A DNA stretch of 64,000 bases from Vicinamibacteria bacterium (GCA_963668695.2 CAXXLQ010000004.1:64001-128000), one strand, 5' to 3'. Shown: positions 40,172-50,416, numbered from the stretch's first letter. The notes: a model not told the origin generated them from the letters alone. Numbers and translations are program-made.

Positions 40172-41713
40172 TCAGCAGAGCAGGTCGCGAACGCGGCGGC
40201 GGGCGGAGCCAATCGGGCCCAGGAGAAGGACCGCCACCGTGACGATTTCGAGGCGGCCGGCGATCATCAGGGCGGCCAGCAGCAGTTTCGCGGTAGCGGG
40301 AAGGAAGGCGTAGTTGGCCGCGGGTCCCACTCCTCCCAGGCCGGGACCCACGTTCGTCGCGCTGGCCGCGGCGGCGCTGAAGGCGGTGAGCGGTTCGACT
40401 CCCATGGCGACGATCGCCAGCCCTACGGCCATGGTGACCCCGACGAACAGCAGCACGAACTCTCCGATGGTCGAACTCACCGACCAGGAGACCGGCCGGC
40501 CGCCGAGGTGGACGCGCAGCTCCGTATGCGGCTGGGTCGCCATCCGGAGCGTCAGCGGCATCTTGCGGAGCAGGATCACCCAGCGGAGCACCTTGATGGA
40601 TCCGGCCGTGGAGCCCACACACCCCCCCACGAACATGCAGAGCAGCAGCAGCGTTCGCGAAAAATCCGGCCAGCCGTCGAAGTCCGCGGTTGCGAAACCG
40701 GTCGTGGTGATGATCGAGACCGCCTGGAACGCCGCGTGCCGGAGGCCGTCCATGGACCCCTGCCCCACCTGCTGGAGGCTGAGGAACAAGAGTCCGGTGG
40801 CGACCACCACCACCCCGATATAGAGGCGCAGTTCCGGATCTCCGAAGTAGCTGGCGAGCGGCGAGGTGGGGACGTGACGCCAGCGACGCTCCCTCAGAGC
40901 CCGCCAGAGCCGGGTCAGGCGCGCCGAGAGGCGCTTCACTTCATAGATGTGGATGGCGAAGCGAACCCCGGCGAGCAGCATGAAGGCCGTGATGACCCAC
41001 TGCACCGCCGGGGCAAAATCGGCGAGTCCGGCGTTTCGCGTGGAAAACCCGCCGGTCGCGAGGGTGGCCAGCGCGTGGCAAACCGCATCGAAGAGGGGCA
41101 CCTCAAGGAAGAGGAGCAAACCCACGAGCGCCGCGGTCAGCACCGTTCCCACGATCACGGTGTCCCGGGCGGTCTCGCTGATCTTGGGCTCGGTTTTCTC
41201 CGGGGAGGGGCCAGGCGCCTCCGCCGACAGCACGTCCACCCCCCACTGGCGGCGGCCGAGCAGCCAGACGAACAGGATGACGATCCCGAGTCCCCCGAGC
41301 CACTGGGTGAGGGCCCGCCAGAGCAGCAGCGAGCGGGGAAGCGATTCCACGTCCGTGAAGATGCTGGCTCCCGTCGTGGAAAAACCGGAGGCCGATTCGA
41401 ACAGGCCGTCCACCGCGAAACCCGGGCCGAACAGCGCGATATACGGCAGGGCCCCGAACACCGCGGCCAGACACCAGGCGAGCACCACGAAGAGATAGGC
41501 GCGCGTGCCTCCCGCGGAGGGACTGGGACTTCCGACGACGGGCGCGAAACGCCGGCTGAGGCCAGAGATCGCGAGTCCCAGCGCCGCGGGAGCGGCGAAG
41601 GCCAGCCAGGCCGATTCGCCGAGGGCGAGCGCGACCCCCAGGGGAATGAGCAGCGCCACTCCCAGCGTCCCCGCCAGCCGGCCCAGGAGCGCGAGGGTTT
41701 CGCCGCGGGTCAC
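40172..41713 (-). CDS. trkH: TrkH potassium uptake membrane subunit (paralog 1)
   Basis: Same motifs and same length (513 aa) as 38495..40036. Confidence 0.93.
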   Translation of the reverse strand: MTRGETLALLGRLAGTLGVALLIPLGVALALGESAWLAFAAPAALGLAISGLSRRFAPVVGSPSPSAGGTRAYLFVVLAWCLAAVFGALPYIALFGPGFAVDGLFESASGFSTTGASIFTDVESLPRSLLLWRALTQWLGGLGIVILFVWLLGRRQWGVDVLSAEAPGPSPEKTEPKISETARDTVIVGTVLTAALVGLLLFLEVPLFDAVCHALATLATGGFSTRNAGLADFAPAVQWVITAFMLLAGVRFAIHIYEVKRLSARLTRLWRALRERRWRHVPTSPLASYFGDPELRLYIGVVVVATGLLFLSLQQVGQGSMDGLRHAAFQAVSIITTTGFATADFDGWPDFSRTLLLLCMFVGGCVGSTAGSIKVLRWVILLRKMPLTLRMATQPHTELRVHLGGRPVSWSVSSTIGEFVLLFVGVTMAVGLAIVAMGVEPLTAFSAAAASATNVGPGLGGVGPAANYAFLPATAKLLLAALMIAGRLEIVTVAVLLLGPIGSARRRVRDLLC

Positions 41714-41746
41714 GGGCGTTTCACGGGCGTTGCGGGAGGACCGTCT

Positions 41747-43123
41747 TCATTCGTTCCGGCGCCCGAACAGCTCTTCGAGTTCCGAAAGCAGGGATTCCGG
41801 CTCGCCGGATCTGCCGGCGGCGTCGCGGCTCATGAAGAGGGCCACGCGATCTCCGGGAACGAACTCGGTGTCGCCGTTCGGCACGAAGGGCGCCGACCGG
41901 GCGCGAACCACCTCGCCGACGATGCAGGTGTGGGGAACCCCGAGCTTCCGGAGCGGCGCCCGGGTGGCGGGGCTCCCCTCGGCGACCTCGAATTCCACGA
42001 GCTCGCCGCCGCCCTCCACGAAATCGAGCCGGACCATCGCGCGGGTGTGCAGGAGCTTCAGGAGAGCTCCCGCGGAGATCACTCCCGGGGAAATCGGATG
42101 GTCCACCCCGAGATGCCGCATCGCCTCGTGGAGGTCGTCCCGGTTGTAGAGGGCGACGGTCCGCCGCGCGCCCGCCTTCTTCGCGAGGTGTGCCGCCATC
42201 AGGTTCACTTCGTCGGCGTCGGTGGCGGCCACGAAGAAATCCGCATCCCCGACTCCCGCTTCCTGCAGAATGTCCTCATCCGTCGCGTCCCCGACGATCG
42301 TGTGAGCCGCCAAGGGGAACCCGGAAGTCGGATGCCGGCGGATGGCGGTGAGGTCCACATCGTCATCAAGCAGGAGTTCTCCCAGGCGCTGGCCGACCTG
42401 TCCGAGCCCTGCAATCACCACCCGCCGGGCCGGCCGCTGGCTCACCCCGATGGTCTTCAGAAAGTTCCGCGCTTCGCTGGCGGGCCCGACGGCGAAGATC
42501 TCGTCGCCCTGCTGGACCCGGGTCCGGCCGCGCGGGATCTCGAGAGGCCCGCCGCCCTTGCGGAGGATCCCGGTCAGGATCCAGCCGCGAGGCGCGGTAT
42601 CGATCTCCTCGAGCGGCCGGTCGAACGCCGCCGGCGGCTGCGGCGCCGCGCGCAGCAGCACGAGCACCCCTTCCCCGAAGGAACGGACGGAGCGCGCCCC
42701 CGGATAGCGGAGGATTCCGTGGATCTCCTCCGCAACCAGTTCCTCCGGAAAGATCGTCTCGATCGCGTCGCGCCGGCCCTCCTCGGCGAGCAACGGATTC
42801 TGCCGGTGTCTTTGATCGCTCAGGCGGACAACGGCGCGGTGCACGCCGATTGCCGGATCGGTTGCGGTCAGCGCCGCGAGCATGTTCGTGGCGTCATCGT
42901 TCGTGAGCGCAAACAAGGCGTCGGCGCCCGCGCAGTGCTGGGTGAGGACCGCCGGAACGCGGGCGTCACCCTCCGCGATCCCGATGTCGTATTTCCGTTG
43001 CAGATGAATGCGGGTCTCGGGATTCCGCTCGACCAGCGTGATGTCGTGCTGCTCGGGAAGCCGGCTCAACTGCCGGATGAGGTGCTCGCCCATGCGGCCC
43101 GCACCCAAGACGACGAGACGCAT
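41747..43123 (-). CDS. trkA: TrkA NAD-binding regulatory subunit
   Basis: Two RCK-N Rossmann motifs (GAGRMG, GLGQVG) with DxxN; adjacent to trkH; start re-called to ATG 43123. Confidence 0.88.
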   Translation of the reverse strand: MRLVVLGAGRMGEHLIRQLSRLPEQHDITLVERNPETRIHLQRKYDIGIAEGDARVPAVLTQHCAGADALFALTNDDATNMLAALTATDPAIGVHRAVVRLSDQRHRQNPLLAEEGRRDAIETIFPEELVAEEIHGILRYPGARSVRSFGEGVLVLLRAAPQPPAAFDRPLEEIDTAPRGWILTGILRKGGGPLEIPRGRTRVQQGDEIFAVGPASEARNFLKTIGVSQRPARRVVIAGLGQVGQRLGELLLDDDVDLTAIRRHPTSGFPLAAHTIVGDATDEDILQEAGVGDADFFVAATDADEVNLMAAHLAKKAGARRTVALYNRDDLHEAMRHLGVDHPISPGVISAGALLKLLHTRAMVRLDFVEGGGELVEFEVAEGSPATRAPLRKLGVPHTCIVGEVVRARSAPFVPNGDTEFVPGDRVALFMSRDAAGRSGEPESLLSELEELFGRRNE

Positions 43124-43125
43124 TC

Positions 43126-43390
43126 TTAACAGCCCGTGGAAAAAGCACCCCGCACGATTTCCGGAACGGTACGTGCGGCGATTCCGGCGATTTGTGCGCG
43201 TGCGGGGCGCTTTCCCCACGGGGTGATGGCGCGAATCGCTGCGCGATTCGCACCATCGTCTTTCGTGGGGAGGGGAATCCCCTCCCCACACCCCTCGCCC
43301 GCGGCGCTGCGCGCCGCAACCCCACACCCCTCCCCCGCGGCGCTGCGCGCCGCAAATGGATCGGACCAGAGTTTCGCCACAGCCTGTTAA
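43126..43390. mobile_element. MITE-like element with related termini but a different interior
   Basis: TTAA-CAGCCCGTGG ... CCACAGCCTG-TTAA; interior hairpin gggaggggaatcccctcccc and a duplicated cgcggcgctgcgcgccgcaa. Confidence 0.55.
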
Positions 43391-43627
43391 CAGCCTGTGG
43401 TGAAACCCGGGTGAGCGCCGAGGCCGGTGAGGCCCAGTTCTCCCGGTGGGGCCAGTTCTCCCGGTGGGGGCCCGGCTGACAAGGCGCGTGAGGGAGGAGC
43501 CCCCACCGGGAGAACTGGCCCGGGTGTATTTCGACCGAAACGCAACGCAGAACGCAGCGAAGCGGAGTGGTTCAGCCGGGATGGATCGCCGGGCGAACGC
43601 CGTCTGGGTTTCATCACAGGCTGTTAA
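43387..43627. mobile_element. MITE copy with TTAA duplication and three 20-mer inserts
   Basis: TTAA-CAGCCTGTGGTGAAACCC ... GGGTTTCATCACAGGCTG-TTAA. Confidence 0.85.
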
Positions 43628-43681
43628 AACCGCATCCCTTTCCCGAGGGGGAAGGGCGCGCGGGGAAACTACCCTAACGGG

Positions 43682-44692
43682 GTGTCAGAGGAAAGGCTCC
43701 CCGAAGGAAAAATCCCGCCCCGCGTGCTCCGGGAGATGCTTGCGCGTCTCGGAGACGGCGCCGGACTCGATCCCGGACCCGCAGCCGGGGAGGACGCGGC
43801 GGTGGCGCTGGCGGGGAACGAGCCGCGGCTGGTGCTGGCGGCCGATCCGATCACCTTCCCGAGCGCCGACCCCGGCTGGCACGCGGTGATCGTGAACGCC
43901 AACGACGTGGCCGCCACCGGAGGCGAATCGCGTTGGTTCCTTTCCCAGGTGCTCGCCCCTCCCGGAACCACTGAAGACCGGATCATCGCGATCGCCGACG
44001 GGATTCGCCGCGGATGCGACGAAGTAGGGGCGGTGCCCGCCGGCGGCCACACCGAGATCACGTCTGCGGTCGAGCGAGTCGTGGTCGCGGGAACGATGGT
44101 CGGCGTGGCCACCGCCGAGCGCGTCAAACCGACCGCGGGCGCCCGGGAGGGCGACATGCTGGTGGTCACGAAGGGCGTCGCAATCGAAGCCACCGCCATC
44201 GTCGCGACCGAACGGGAGGAAGAAGTGCGGCGAACCTTCGGAGCGGACTTCCAGCGGCGCGCCGCCGGTTTTCTCGCGGATCCCGGGATCAGCGTCGTGG
44301 CGGAGGCCCGGATCGCCGCCGGAATGCTCGAAGTGCACGCGATGCACGACGTCACCGAAGGGGGCATCGCGACCGCGGTGCGCGAAGTGGCGGAGGCGGC
44401 GGAACTCGGAGTCATCATGGCGGAAGCGGAGATTCCGCGCTTTTTGGAATCCAAGCGTCTGATGACCCACTTCGGCCTCGACATCCTGGGCGCCATCGGC
44501 TCGGGCGCCCTGCTCATCGCCTGCGCCGAGTCGGGAACCGGGGAACTGCTGGAGCGTCTCGAGGAAGCCCGGATCGGCGCCTTCGTCATCGGGCGTTTCG
44601 TCCGGCGCTCCGCCGGGATCCGCCTCGCCCGGGGATCCGTCCGGCGCGATTTGCCGGTCTTCGAGTCCGACGAACTCACCCGCCTCGGCTGA
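43682..44692 (+). CDS. AIR synthase-related (HypE-like) family protein
   Basis: GKIP, GEDAAV, DPITF, NANDVA, GGHTE, MHDVTEGG and C-terminal DEL motifs. Confidence 0.88.
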   Translation: MSEERLPEGKIPPRVLREMLARLGDGAGLDPGPAAGEDAAVALAGNEPRLVLAADPITFPSADPGWHAVIVNANDVAATGGESRWFLSQVLAPPGTTEDRIIAIADGIRRGCDEVGAVPAGGHTEITSAVERVVVAGTMVGVATAERVKPTAGAREGDMLVVTKGVAIEATAIVATEREEEVRRTFGADFQRRAAGFLADPGISVVAEARIAAGMLEVHAMHDVTEGGIATAVREVAEAAELGVIMAEAEIPRFLESKRLMTHFGLDILGAIGSGALLIACAESGTGELLERLEEARIGAFVIGRFVRRSAGIRLARGSVRRDLPVFESDELTRLG

Positions 44693-44766
44693 GCGTCCGT
44701 GGTGGCGCCGGATGGGACCCGGGACCCGGGTACAGTGTTCGCGGGCGGCCTCCTAGAATCCACCCG

Positions 44767-45219
44767 ATGAGACGCCTCCCTACCCGGAGTTCCGGCGCGC
44801 CCGGCGTGCTGCTGCTCGCCGGACTCTTGATTTCAGGATGCAGCCCCGGCACCACACCCGGGTTTCCCGCTCCCGATTTCCAGGCTCCGCTTCAGACACC
44901 CTTCGCGCTGCGGGCCGGCGACCTCGGCTACATACAGGGCACGGCCGACTTCCTCTACCTCAGTATTCAGTCGGTGGGCATCGACAGCCGGTGTCCCCCG
45001 GAGTCGAGCTGTGACGAGCCGGGGTTCGTGGAAGTGATCCTGGAACTCGAAACCGCGGAAGCCCAGGGCTCGGCAGGGATGCGGATTCCACCCAGCGGGG
45101 ACGCCGTCATCACCTACCGGGGCTTCGAAATCCGGGCCCACGAGGTGCAACCTCCGGGCAGGGCGAGCCGGATCCCGCCCTCGGACTACTTCTTCCTGAT
45201 GTCGGTCTCGCTGCGTTAG
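44767..45219 (+). CDS. Hypothetical lipoprotein
   Basis: LLLAGLLISGC lipobox; DSRCP...C motif; TAGAAT 7 nt upstream of the ATG. Confidence 0.68.
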   Translation: MRRLPTRSSGAPGVLLLAGLLISGCSPGTTPGFPAPDFQAPLQTPFALRAGDLGYIQGTADFLYLSIQSVGIDSRCPPESSCDEPGFVEVILELETAEAQGSAGMRIPPSGDAVITYRGFEIRAHEVQPPGRASRIPPSDYFFLMSVSLR

Positions 45220-45301
45220 CAGTCCGAACCGGGAATCCCGAACCTAGAATCCCGGCTCGCCCCGAACGGGACGGAGGAAACGCATGCATCACTACCACGA
45301 C

Positions 45302-45488
45302 TCAACAGCCCGTGGCAAAACCCACGCGGCGTTCGACGGGCGATCCATCCCGGCTGAACCGCCCCGCTTCGCGGGGCTCTGCGTTGCGCTTCGGTCGAAA
45401 TACGTTCGGTATTCCTCCCTCGCGCGCCTTGTCAGCCGGGCGTCTCTCCCGTCTCGGCGCTCACGCGGGTTTCACCACGGGCTGTTCA
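45302..45488. mobile_element. MITE copy with no 20-mer insert (empty reference allele)
   Basis: CAGCCCGTGGCAAAACCC ... GGGTTTCACCACGGGCTG termini; right end abuts ATG 45488. Confidence 0.82.
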
Positions 45489-46564
45489 TGAGAGTTGCCG
45501 GAACCGGCATTGCCTGCGCCGCATTCCTGCTGGGATCGGCAGCCTGCGGAGGAAGCGAAATGGAAGAGCCGGCGGAGACCCAGGAAGCGGTTTCGGAGAA
45601 CGACGACTTCCCGAACCCGTTCACCGCCGAGGCCATGTGGGGCGAGCTGCCCGGCGAGCGCGGCTGGGGCGCCATCAGCGCGATCTATCCGGCGGTGGAC
45701 GGCAACATCTGGGCCGCCGAGCGGTGTGGCGCGAACTTCTGCGGCGACCGGCCCGACGTGGACACGATCGTCCTCTTCAGCCCCGGCGGCGAAGCGCTGA
45801 AGAGCTTCGGGGCCGGGCTCATCGCCTGGCCGCACGGGATGTTCGTGGATCACGAGGGGAACGTTTGGGTCACCGACGCGAAGGGTTTCGTGCCCGACGA
45901 GCGGGTGCCGGAGGGTCTCGGCCACTTCGTGATCAAGTTCAGCCCCGAAGGCGAAGTGTTGATGCGGCTCGGCGAGCCCGGGACGGCGGGGACCGCTGAC
46001 GGGCAGTTCAACATGCCCTCGGCCGTGCTGGTCGCGCCGAACGGCGAGATCTACGTGGCCGACGGTCATAACGCCGGCGGGAACAACCGCATCGTCAAGT
46101 TCTCGGCGGACGGCGAGTTCCTCATGAGCTTCGGGGAGACCGGCACCGGACCGGGGCAGTTCCGCGATCCGCACGCGCTGGCGATGGATTCCATGGGCCG
46201 CCTCTTCGTGGGCGACCGGGCGAACAACCGGATCCAGCTCTTCGACCAGGCAGGCAGCTTCATCGAGGAGTGGCTGCAGTTCGGCCGGCCGAGCGGGATC
46301 TTCATCACCGCCGACGACACGATCTACGTCGCGGATTCCGAGTCCACCTCGGAGGCGAATCCGGGCTTCGGGCGGGGCATCCGCATCGGGAGCGCGGTGG
46401 ACGGCACGGTGCACACCTACCTGCCGGACGACGTATCCGACCTCGAACCCGGCGCGGAGCCCGTGACCAGCGGGCCGGAAGGCATCGCGGTGGACGCCCA
46501 GGGGAGCGTCTACGGGGGCGAAGTCCGCCAGCAGATGGTCCGGAAGTTCACACGAAGCGAGTAG
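45488..46564 (+). CDS. NHL-repeat beta-propeller lipoprotein (peptidyl-alpha-hydroxyglycine lyase-like)
   Basis: PHGMFVD..GNVWVTD, FNMPS.V, YVADG, PH.LA.D and VGDRANNRIQ repeats; SAAC lipobox. Confidence 0.87.
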   Translation: MRVAGTGIACAAFLLGSAACGGSEMEEPAETQEAVSENDDFPNPFTAEAMWGELPGERGWGAISAIYPAVDGNIWAAERCGANFCGDRPDVDTIVLFSPGGEALKSFGAGLIAWPHGMFVDHEGNVWVTDAKGFVPDERVPEGLGHFVIKFSPEGEVLMRLGEPGTAGTADGQFNMPSAVLVAPNGEIYVADGHNAGGNNRIVKFSADGEFLMSFGETGTGPGQFRDPHALAMDSMGRLFVGDRANNRIQLFDQAGSFIEEWLQFGRPSGIFITADDTIYVADSESTSEANPGFGRGIRIGSAVDGTVHTYLPDDVSDLEPGAEPVTSGPEGIAVDAQGSVYGGEVRQQMVRKFTRSE

Positions 46565-46579
46565 CAGCCCGTCGCGCGG

Positions 46580-47262
46580 GTGTCGCCGCAGTCTCCTTCG
46601 ACGTGGACGGCACCGACAACGCCGCCAGTTCTCCCGGTGGGGGCCTTCAGACCGGCATCGCCTCGCACCGCGGGGCGAACTTCGCAGCCGTTTCCTTCGA
46701 CGTGGACGGCACCCTCTACGCGGACGGCTTTCTGCGGGCTCGGATCGCTCTCGAAGCCATCCGCCGCCTGAATCCGAGTTCCCTCCGGGATCTCTACCGT
46801 TTCGATAAACGCGCCGCCGCCGCGCGGGCCGCCGGGGGAGCACTCGACCCTTCCTGGGCTTCCACGATTCCCATCCGGCTCGAGGCGGAGGCTCGACTGC
46901 TGCTCCCGGTCATCCGGCGCCTGGGGCCCCGGGCCGGTGCGGCCGATCTCCTGACCCGCCTCCGGCCCCGCACCCTGATCGCCGTCTCGGACTTCGACGC
47001 GGAGGCCAAGCTGGAGGCGCTCGGCCTCCGCCATCACTTCGACCACACCTACGCCGCCGAGCGGTACGGCGCCCTCAAGCCCGATCCCTCCGTCTTCCGG
47101 GCCGCGCTCGCGGATCTCGGAATTGCTCCCTCCACCCTGCTGCATGTCGGAGACCGCCCGGACACCGACGGCCTCGCCGCCCGTGCGGCCGGCTGCCGCG
47201 CCCTCATCCTGGGCACCGACTTCGCCTCCTTTCGCGGACTCGGGGACCTGCTCGCCCCCTGA
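46580..47262 (+). CDS. HAD-family hydrolase; 5' end duplicated/interrupted, start uncertain (possibly GTG 46603)
   Basis: FDVDGTLY, KPDPSVF and HVGDRPDTD motifs; motif I encoded twice. Confidence 0.7.
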
Positions 47263-47489
47263 ATCCGCAGCGGAGGTCGTCCGCTTGGTCCTTCCGGGCG
47301 GTGGTCCGCGACGAAACGTATGATCCGCTGATCGAGACGACGGTAGATGCGCTGGGAAGCGAACCGGAAAGGTTCCTTCAGACCGGCATCGGGTAGCTCC
47401 TCAGCGACCTGTCAAGAATGCACGCCGAGCAAGCAGCCGCGCTCGTGGAACGAGCACTACGAAAAACAGCCTCCGGGGAGGGGACGTCC

Positions 47490-48632
47490 ATGAAGATCGA
47501 GCGCCTGGGGTCAACAGTTCTGGTGGCCTTCGGACTTGCGCTGCTGTCCGCCTGCGCGGACGAGAGTCCGGGTGGCAGGATGGAGTCGGCGCCGGCGGGG
47601 CCGGTGGCCAAGGGCGGCGACGACCGGACCGGCGAGTACGACGCCGTACCCGGCTGGTGGAAGCCCGCGCCGGACCATGTGGAGCCCTGGGTCTGGGGGC
47701 AGGTCTCGGGCGTGGCGGTCGACACCCCGGACCGGGTCATCGTCGGTATCTGGGGCGACCGGGACGCCGAGGGGCGCGAGCGCGAGGGAAGCACCAACTA
47801 CGTTGTCGCCGTGGACCGGGACGGCAACATCACCGAGAACTGGTCCCAGTGGGACTCGATCTTCAACAAGCCTCATCAGCTCTACATCAGCCCCTACGAC
47901 CCCGAGCGCCACGTGTGGATCGTGGAGCGCGGCGGCGGCAAGAACGTCAACATGCAGATCCTCAAGTTCTCGAACGACGGGAGCGAACTGGTGATGCGGC
48001 TCGTCGATCCGGATCACCCCACCACCCGGGCGGAGGCGCGCGCCAACCCGCACCCGGGCCCGTACGAGTACGGCGACCCCGCGGTGATGGCGTTCCTGCC
48101 GAGCGGCGACTTTCTGGTGGGCGATGGCTACTGGCACTCGCGCATCATCAAGTACGACGCCGAGGGCGAGTATCTGATGGAGTGGGGCGAACTCGGGAGC
48201 GGTCCGGGCCAGTTCGACCTGGTGCACGGGCTCGCGGTGGACCGGAACCGCCGCGTCTACGTGGGCGACCGCGCCAACAACCGCATCCAGATCTTCACCG
48301 AGGACGGCGAGTACATCGACGAGTGGCCCGACGTCTCCGACCCCGTCGGCGTCTTCATCGACGAGAGCGATGCCGTCTGGGTGGTCTCGGCAATCCTGAA
48401 CCGCATCCTCAAGTTCAACTTGGACGGCGAACTCCAGTACCACCTGGGCGCCTACGGGGGCACGCGGGGCGGCTTCCCGGGCGGTCTGTCGCGGCCGCAT
48501 CAGATCGATGTGGACGAGGAGGGCAACCTCTACATCGCGAGCTGGGACGGGGGCTGGATGGACAAGTTCATTCCCAAGCCGGACGCGGATCCGAGCAAGC
48601 TGGTGGGGAGGAAGCTGGTTCTGGAAAACTAG
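47490..48632 (+). CDS. NHL-repeat beta-propeller lipoprotein (PAL-like)
   Basis: LLSAC lipobox; GDGYWHSRIIK, FDLVHGLAVD and GDRANNRIQ motifs; GGAGGGG RBS. Confidence 0.87.
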   Translation: MKIERLGSTVLVAFGLALLSACADESPGGRMESAPAGPVAKGGDDRTGEYDAVPGWWKPAPDHVEPWVWGQVSGVAVDTPDRVIVGIWGDRDAEGREREGSTNYVVAVDRDGNITENWSQWDSIFNKPHQLYISPYDPERHVWIVERGGGKNVNMQILKFSNDGSELVMRLVDPDHPTTRAEARANPHPGPYEYGDPAVMAFLPSGDFLVGDGYWHSRIIKYDAEGEYLMEWGELGSGPGQFDLVHGLAVDRNRRVYVGDRANNRIQIFTEDGEYIDEWPDVSDPVGVFIDESDAVWVVSAILNRILKFNLDGELQYHLGAYGGTRGGFPGGLSRPHQIDVDEEGNLYIASWDGGWMDKFIPKPDADPSKLVGRKLVLEN

Positions 48633-48698
48633 GGGCGACCCGGTGCCGGTTGAACTCGCTGGCTGTTCCTGGGGAGCCCAACACCCTGGAGTACCGTT

Positions 48699-49736
48699 AT
48701 GAGTCGCCGAACATCGATCGCAGTGCTGGCCCTCGGGCTCACGTTGCTTTGGCCCGGATCACGCCTCGCCGCCCAGATCCCAGGCCTCCTGCTGAACGAG
48801 GCCGGTGAGGAGATCGTCGCCACCTTCTCGATCGTCGCGCGCGATCCAGGCACGGGAGAGCTGGGAGTCGCCGTGCAGTCGCGGGCGTTTCGCGCCGGAG
48901 CCATCGTTTCGTACGCCAAGGCGGGGGTCGGGGCGATCGCGACCCAGGCGGCGGCCAACCAGACCTACGGGCCGCGCGGGCTGGAACTCCTGGAGCTGGG
49001 GCTCTCGCCGGACGAGGTGGTCGAGCACCTGACCGGCTCGGATCCGGGGCGTGACCGCCGCCAGCTCGCCGTCATCGACGACCAGGGCCGGGTCCGGGCC
49101 TACACGGGATCGGCAACCAGCGCCTGGGCGGGACACCTCGAGGGCGAGAACTTCTCGGCTCAGGGCAACATCCTGGCTGGGGAAGCGGTGGTGCAGGCGA
49201 TGGCGGAGGCGTTCGAGGCGTCCGAGGGTCCGCTCGCACTTCGTCTGATGGACGCCCTCGATGCCGGCCAGGCCGCCGGGGGCGACGCGCGCGGCAAGCA
49301 GGCTGGCGGGGTTTTGGTGGTGAAGCCGATCGGCAACTCCGGCCGGACCACCCGGACCAGCGACCGCTGGGTGGACGTGCGCGTGGACGACCATGCCGAG
49401 CCGTTCAAGGAGCTGCGCCGCCTGGTCAACATGTCGGTTTCGCGAATTCACGCGAGCGAAGCCCGGACGCTGGCCGCGGAGGGCCGCTTCGACGAAGCCG
49501 TGGCGGCGCAGCAGGAAGCGATCGCGATCGTTCCCGGGGAGGATCAGCTCATCTACGGGCTGGCCCGGCTGTACGCCCGCGCGGGCGACGCCGCGGGCGC
49601 GGTGGCGACGCTCAAGCAAGCCATCGAAATCGACGCGCGCTGGCGAGGGCTGGCGGCGTCACAGGCCGACTTCGACAACATCCGCGATAACGCGGAGTTC
49701 CAGAGACTGCTTAACTCCAAAGGACCCCTGTCATGA
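48699..49736 (+). CDS. DUF1028 (Ntn-hydrolase-like) protein with C-terminal TPR
   Basis: TFSIVARD..TGELGVAVQS, QGNILAG, GGDARGKQ and VRVDDH motifs; TPR-like tail. Confidence 0.88.
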   Translation: MSRRTSIAVLALGLTLLWPGSRLAAQIPGLLLNEAGEEIVATFSIVARDPGTGELGVAVQSRAFRAGAIVSYAKAGVGAIATQAAANQTYGPRGLELLELGLSPDEVVEHLTGSDPGRDRRQLAVIDDQGRVRAYTGSATSAWAGHLEGENFSAQGNILAGEAVVQAMAEAFEASEGPLALRLMDALDAGQAAGGDARGKQAGGVLVVKPIGNSGRTTRTSDRWVDVRVDDHAEPFKELRRLVNMSVSRIHASEARTLAAEGRFDEAVAAQQEAIAIVPGEDQLIYGLARLYARAGDAAGAVATLKQAIEIDARWRGLAASQADFDNIRDNAEFQRLLNSKGPLS

Positions 49737-50254
49737 ACTATCGCCGAATCCCGCTGCTGTTCGCCCTGGCGCTGCTCCCGGGTTGCGCTGCCGACCCGGC
49801 CCCACCGGAGGCGACTGCCCCGGATGCCCCAAGTGCCCAGAATGCCCCGGATGCCCAGAATGCCCCGGATGCCCGAGAGCGGCACTACCTCAACCCCCGC
49901 TCGGCGGGAGACCCCGACGTGCCGCCCTTCAGCGGCGGCGTGATGGTGGGCGACACCTTCTACGTTGCGGGAACGATCGGGCTGGGCCCCGACCAGACGG
50001 TACCCGAAACCGCCCAGGAGGAGGCTCGCATCGTCCTCACCAACGTGCAAAACACCCTGGAGGCGGCCGGGCTGACTATGGACGACCTGGTGTCGGTTCA
50101 GGTCTACGCCTCGGATGTCGGGGACTATGACGCCTTCAACGAGGTCTATCGCACGTTCTTCACCCAGGAATATCCGGCGCGGGCATTCCTGGGTTCGGGC
50201 ACGTTGCTCTTCGGGGCGCGGTTCGAGGTGCTGGGGTTCGCGGTCAAGCGCTAG
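49733..50254 (+). CDS. RidA/YjgF family protein with lipoprotein signal
   Basis: PFS, FNEVYRTFF...PARA and FEV motifs; LLPGC lipobox. Confidence 0.87.
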   Translation: MNYRRIPLLFALALLPGCAADPAPPEATAPDAPSAQNAPDAQNAPDARERHYLNPRSAGDPDVPPFSGGVMVGDTFYVAGTIGLGPDQTVPETAQEEARIVLTNVQNTLEAAGLTMDDLVSVQVYASDVGDYDAFNEVYRTFFTQEYPARAFLGSGTLLFGARFEVLGFAVKR

Positions 50255-50299
50255 GGCCGCTCGGAACACAGTCTCAGATTCGCGGTGCGCGTTCGTCCG

Positions 50300-50416
50300 C
50301 CTCCGGCGGACGATGCCGGCCGGACTCCCCCGCGCGCCTTGTCAGCCGGGCGCCTCGCCCCCACCGGGAGAACTGGCCGCGCTCGGCGCTCACCCGGGTT
50401 CCACCACCGGCGGTTC
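50300..50416. mobile_element. Partial MITE copy overlapping the GH3 gene 3' end
   Basis: cgcgcgccttgtcagccgggcgcctc-[20-mer]-...gctcacccgggttccaccaccgg. Confidence 0.7.

Noticed and set aside
38495-41713. Tandem trkH paralogs as a novelty
   Set aside because: Paired TrkH/TrkI-type genes with trkA are well known and both keep the usual pore motifs
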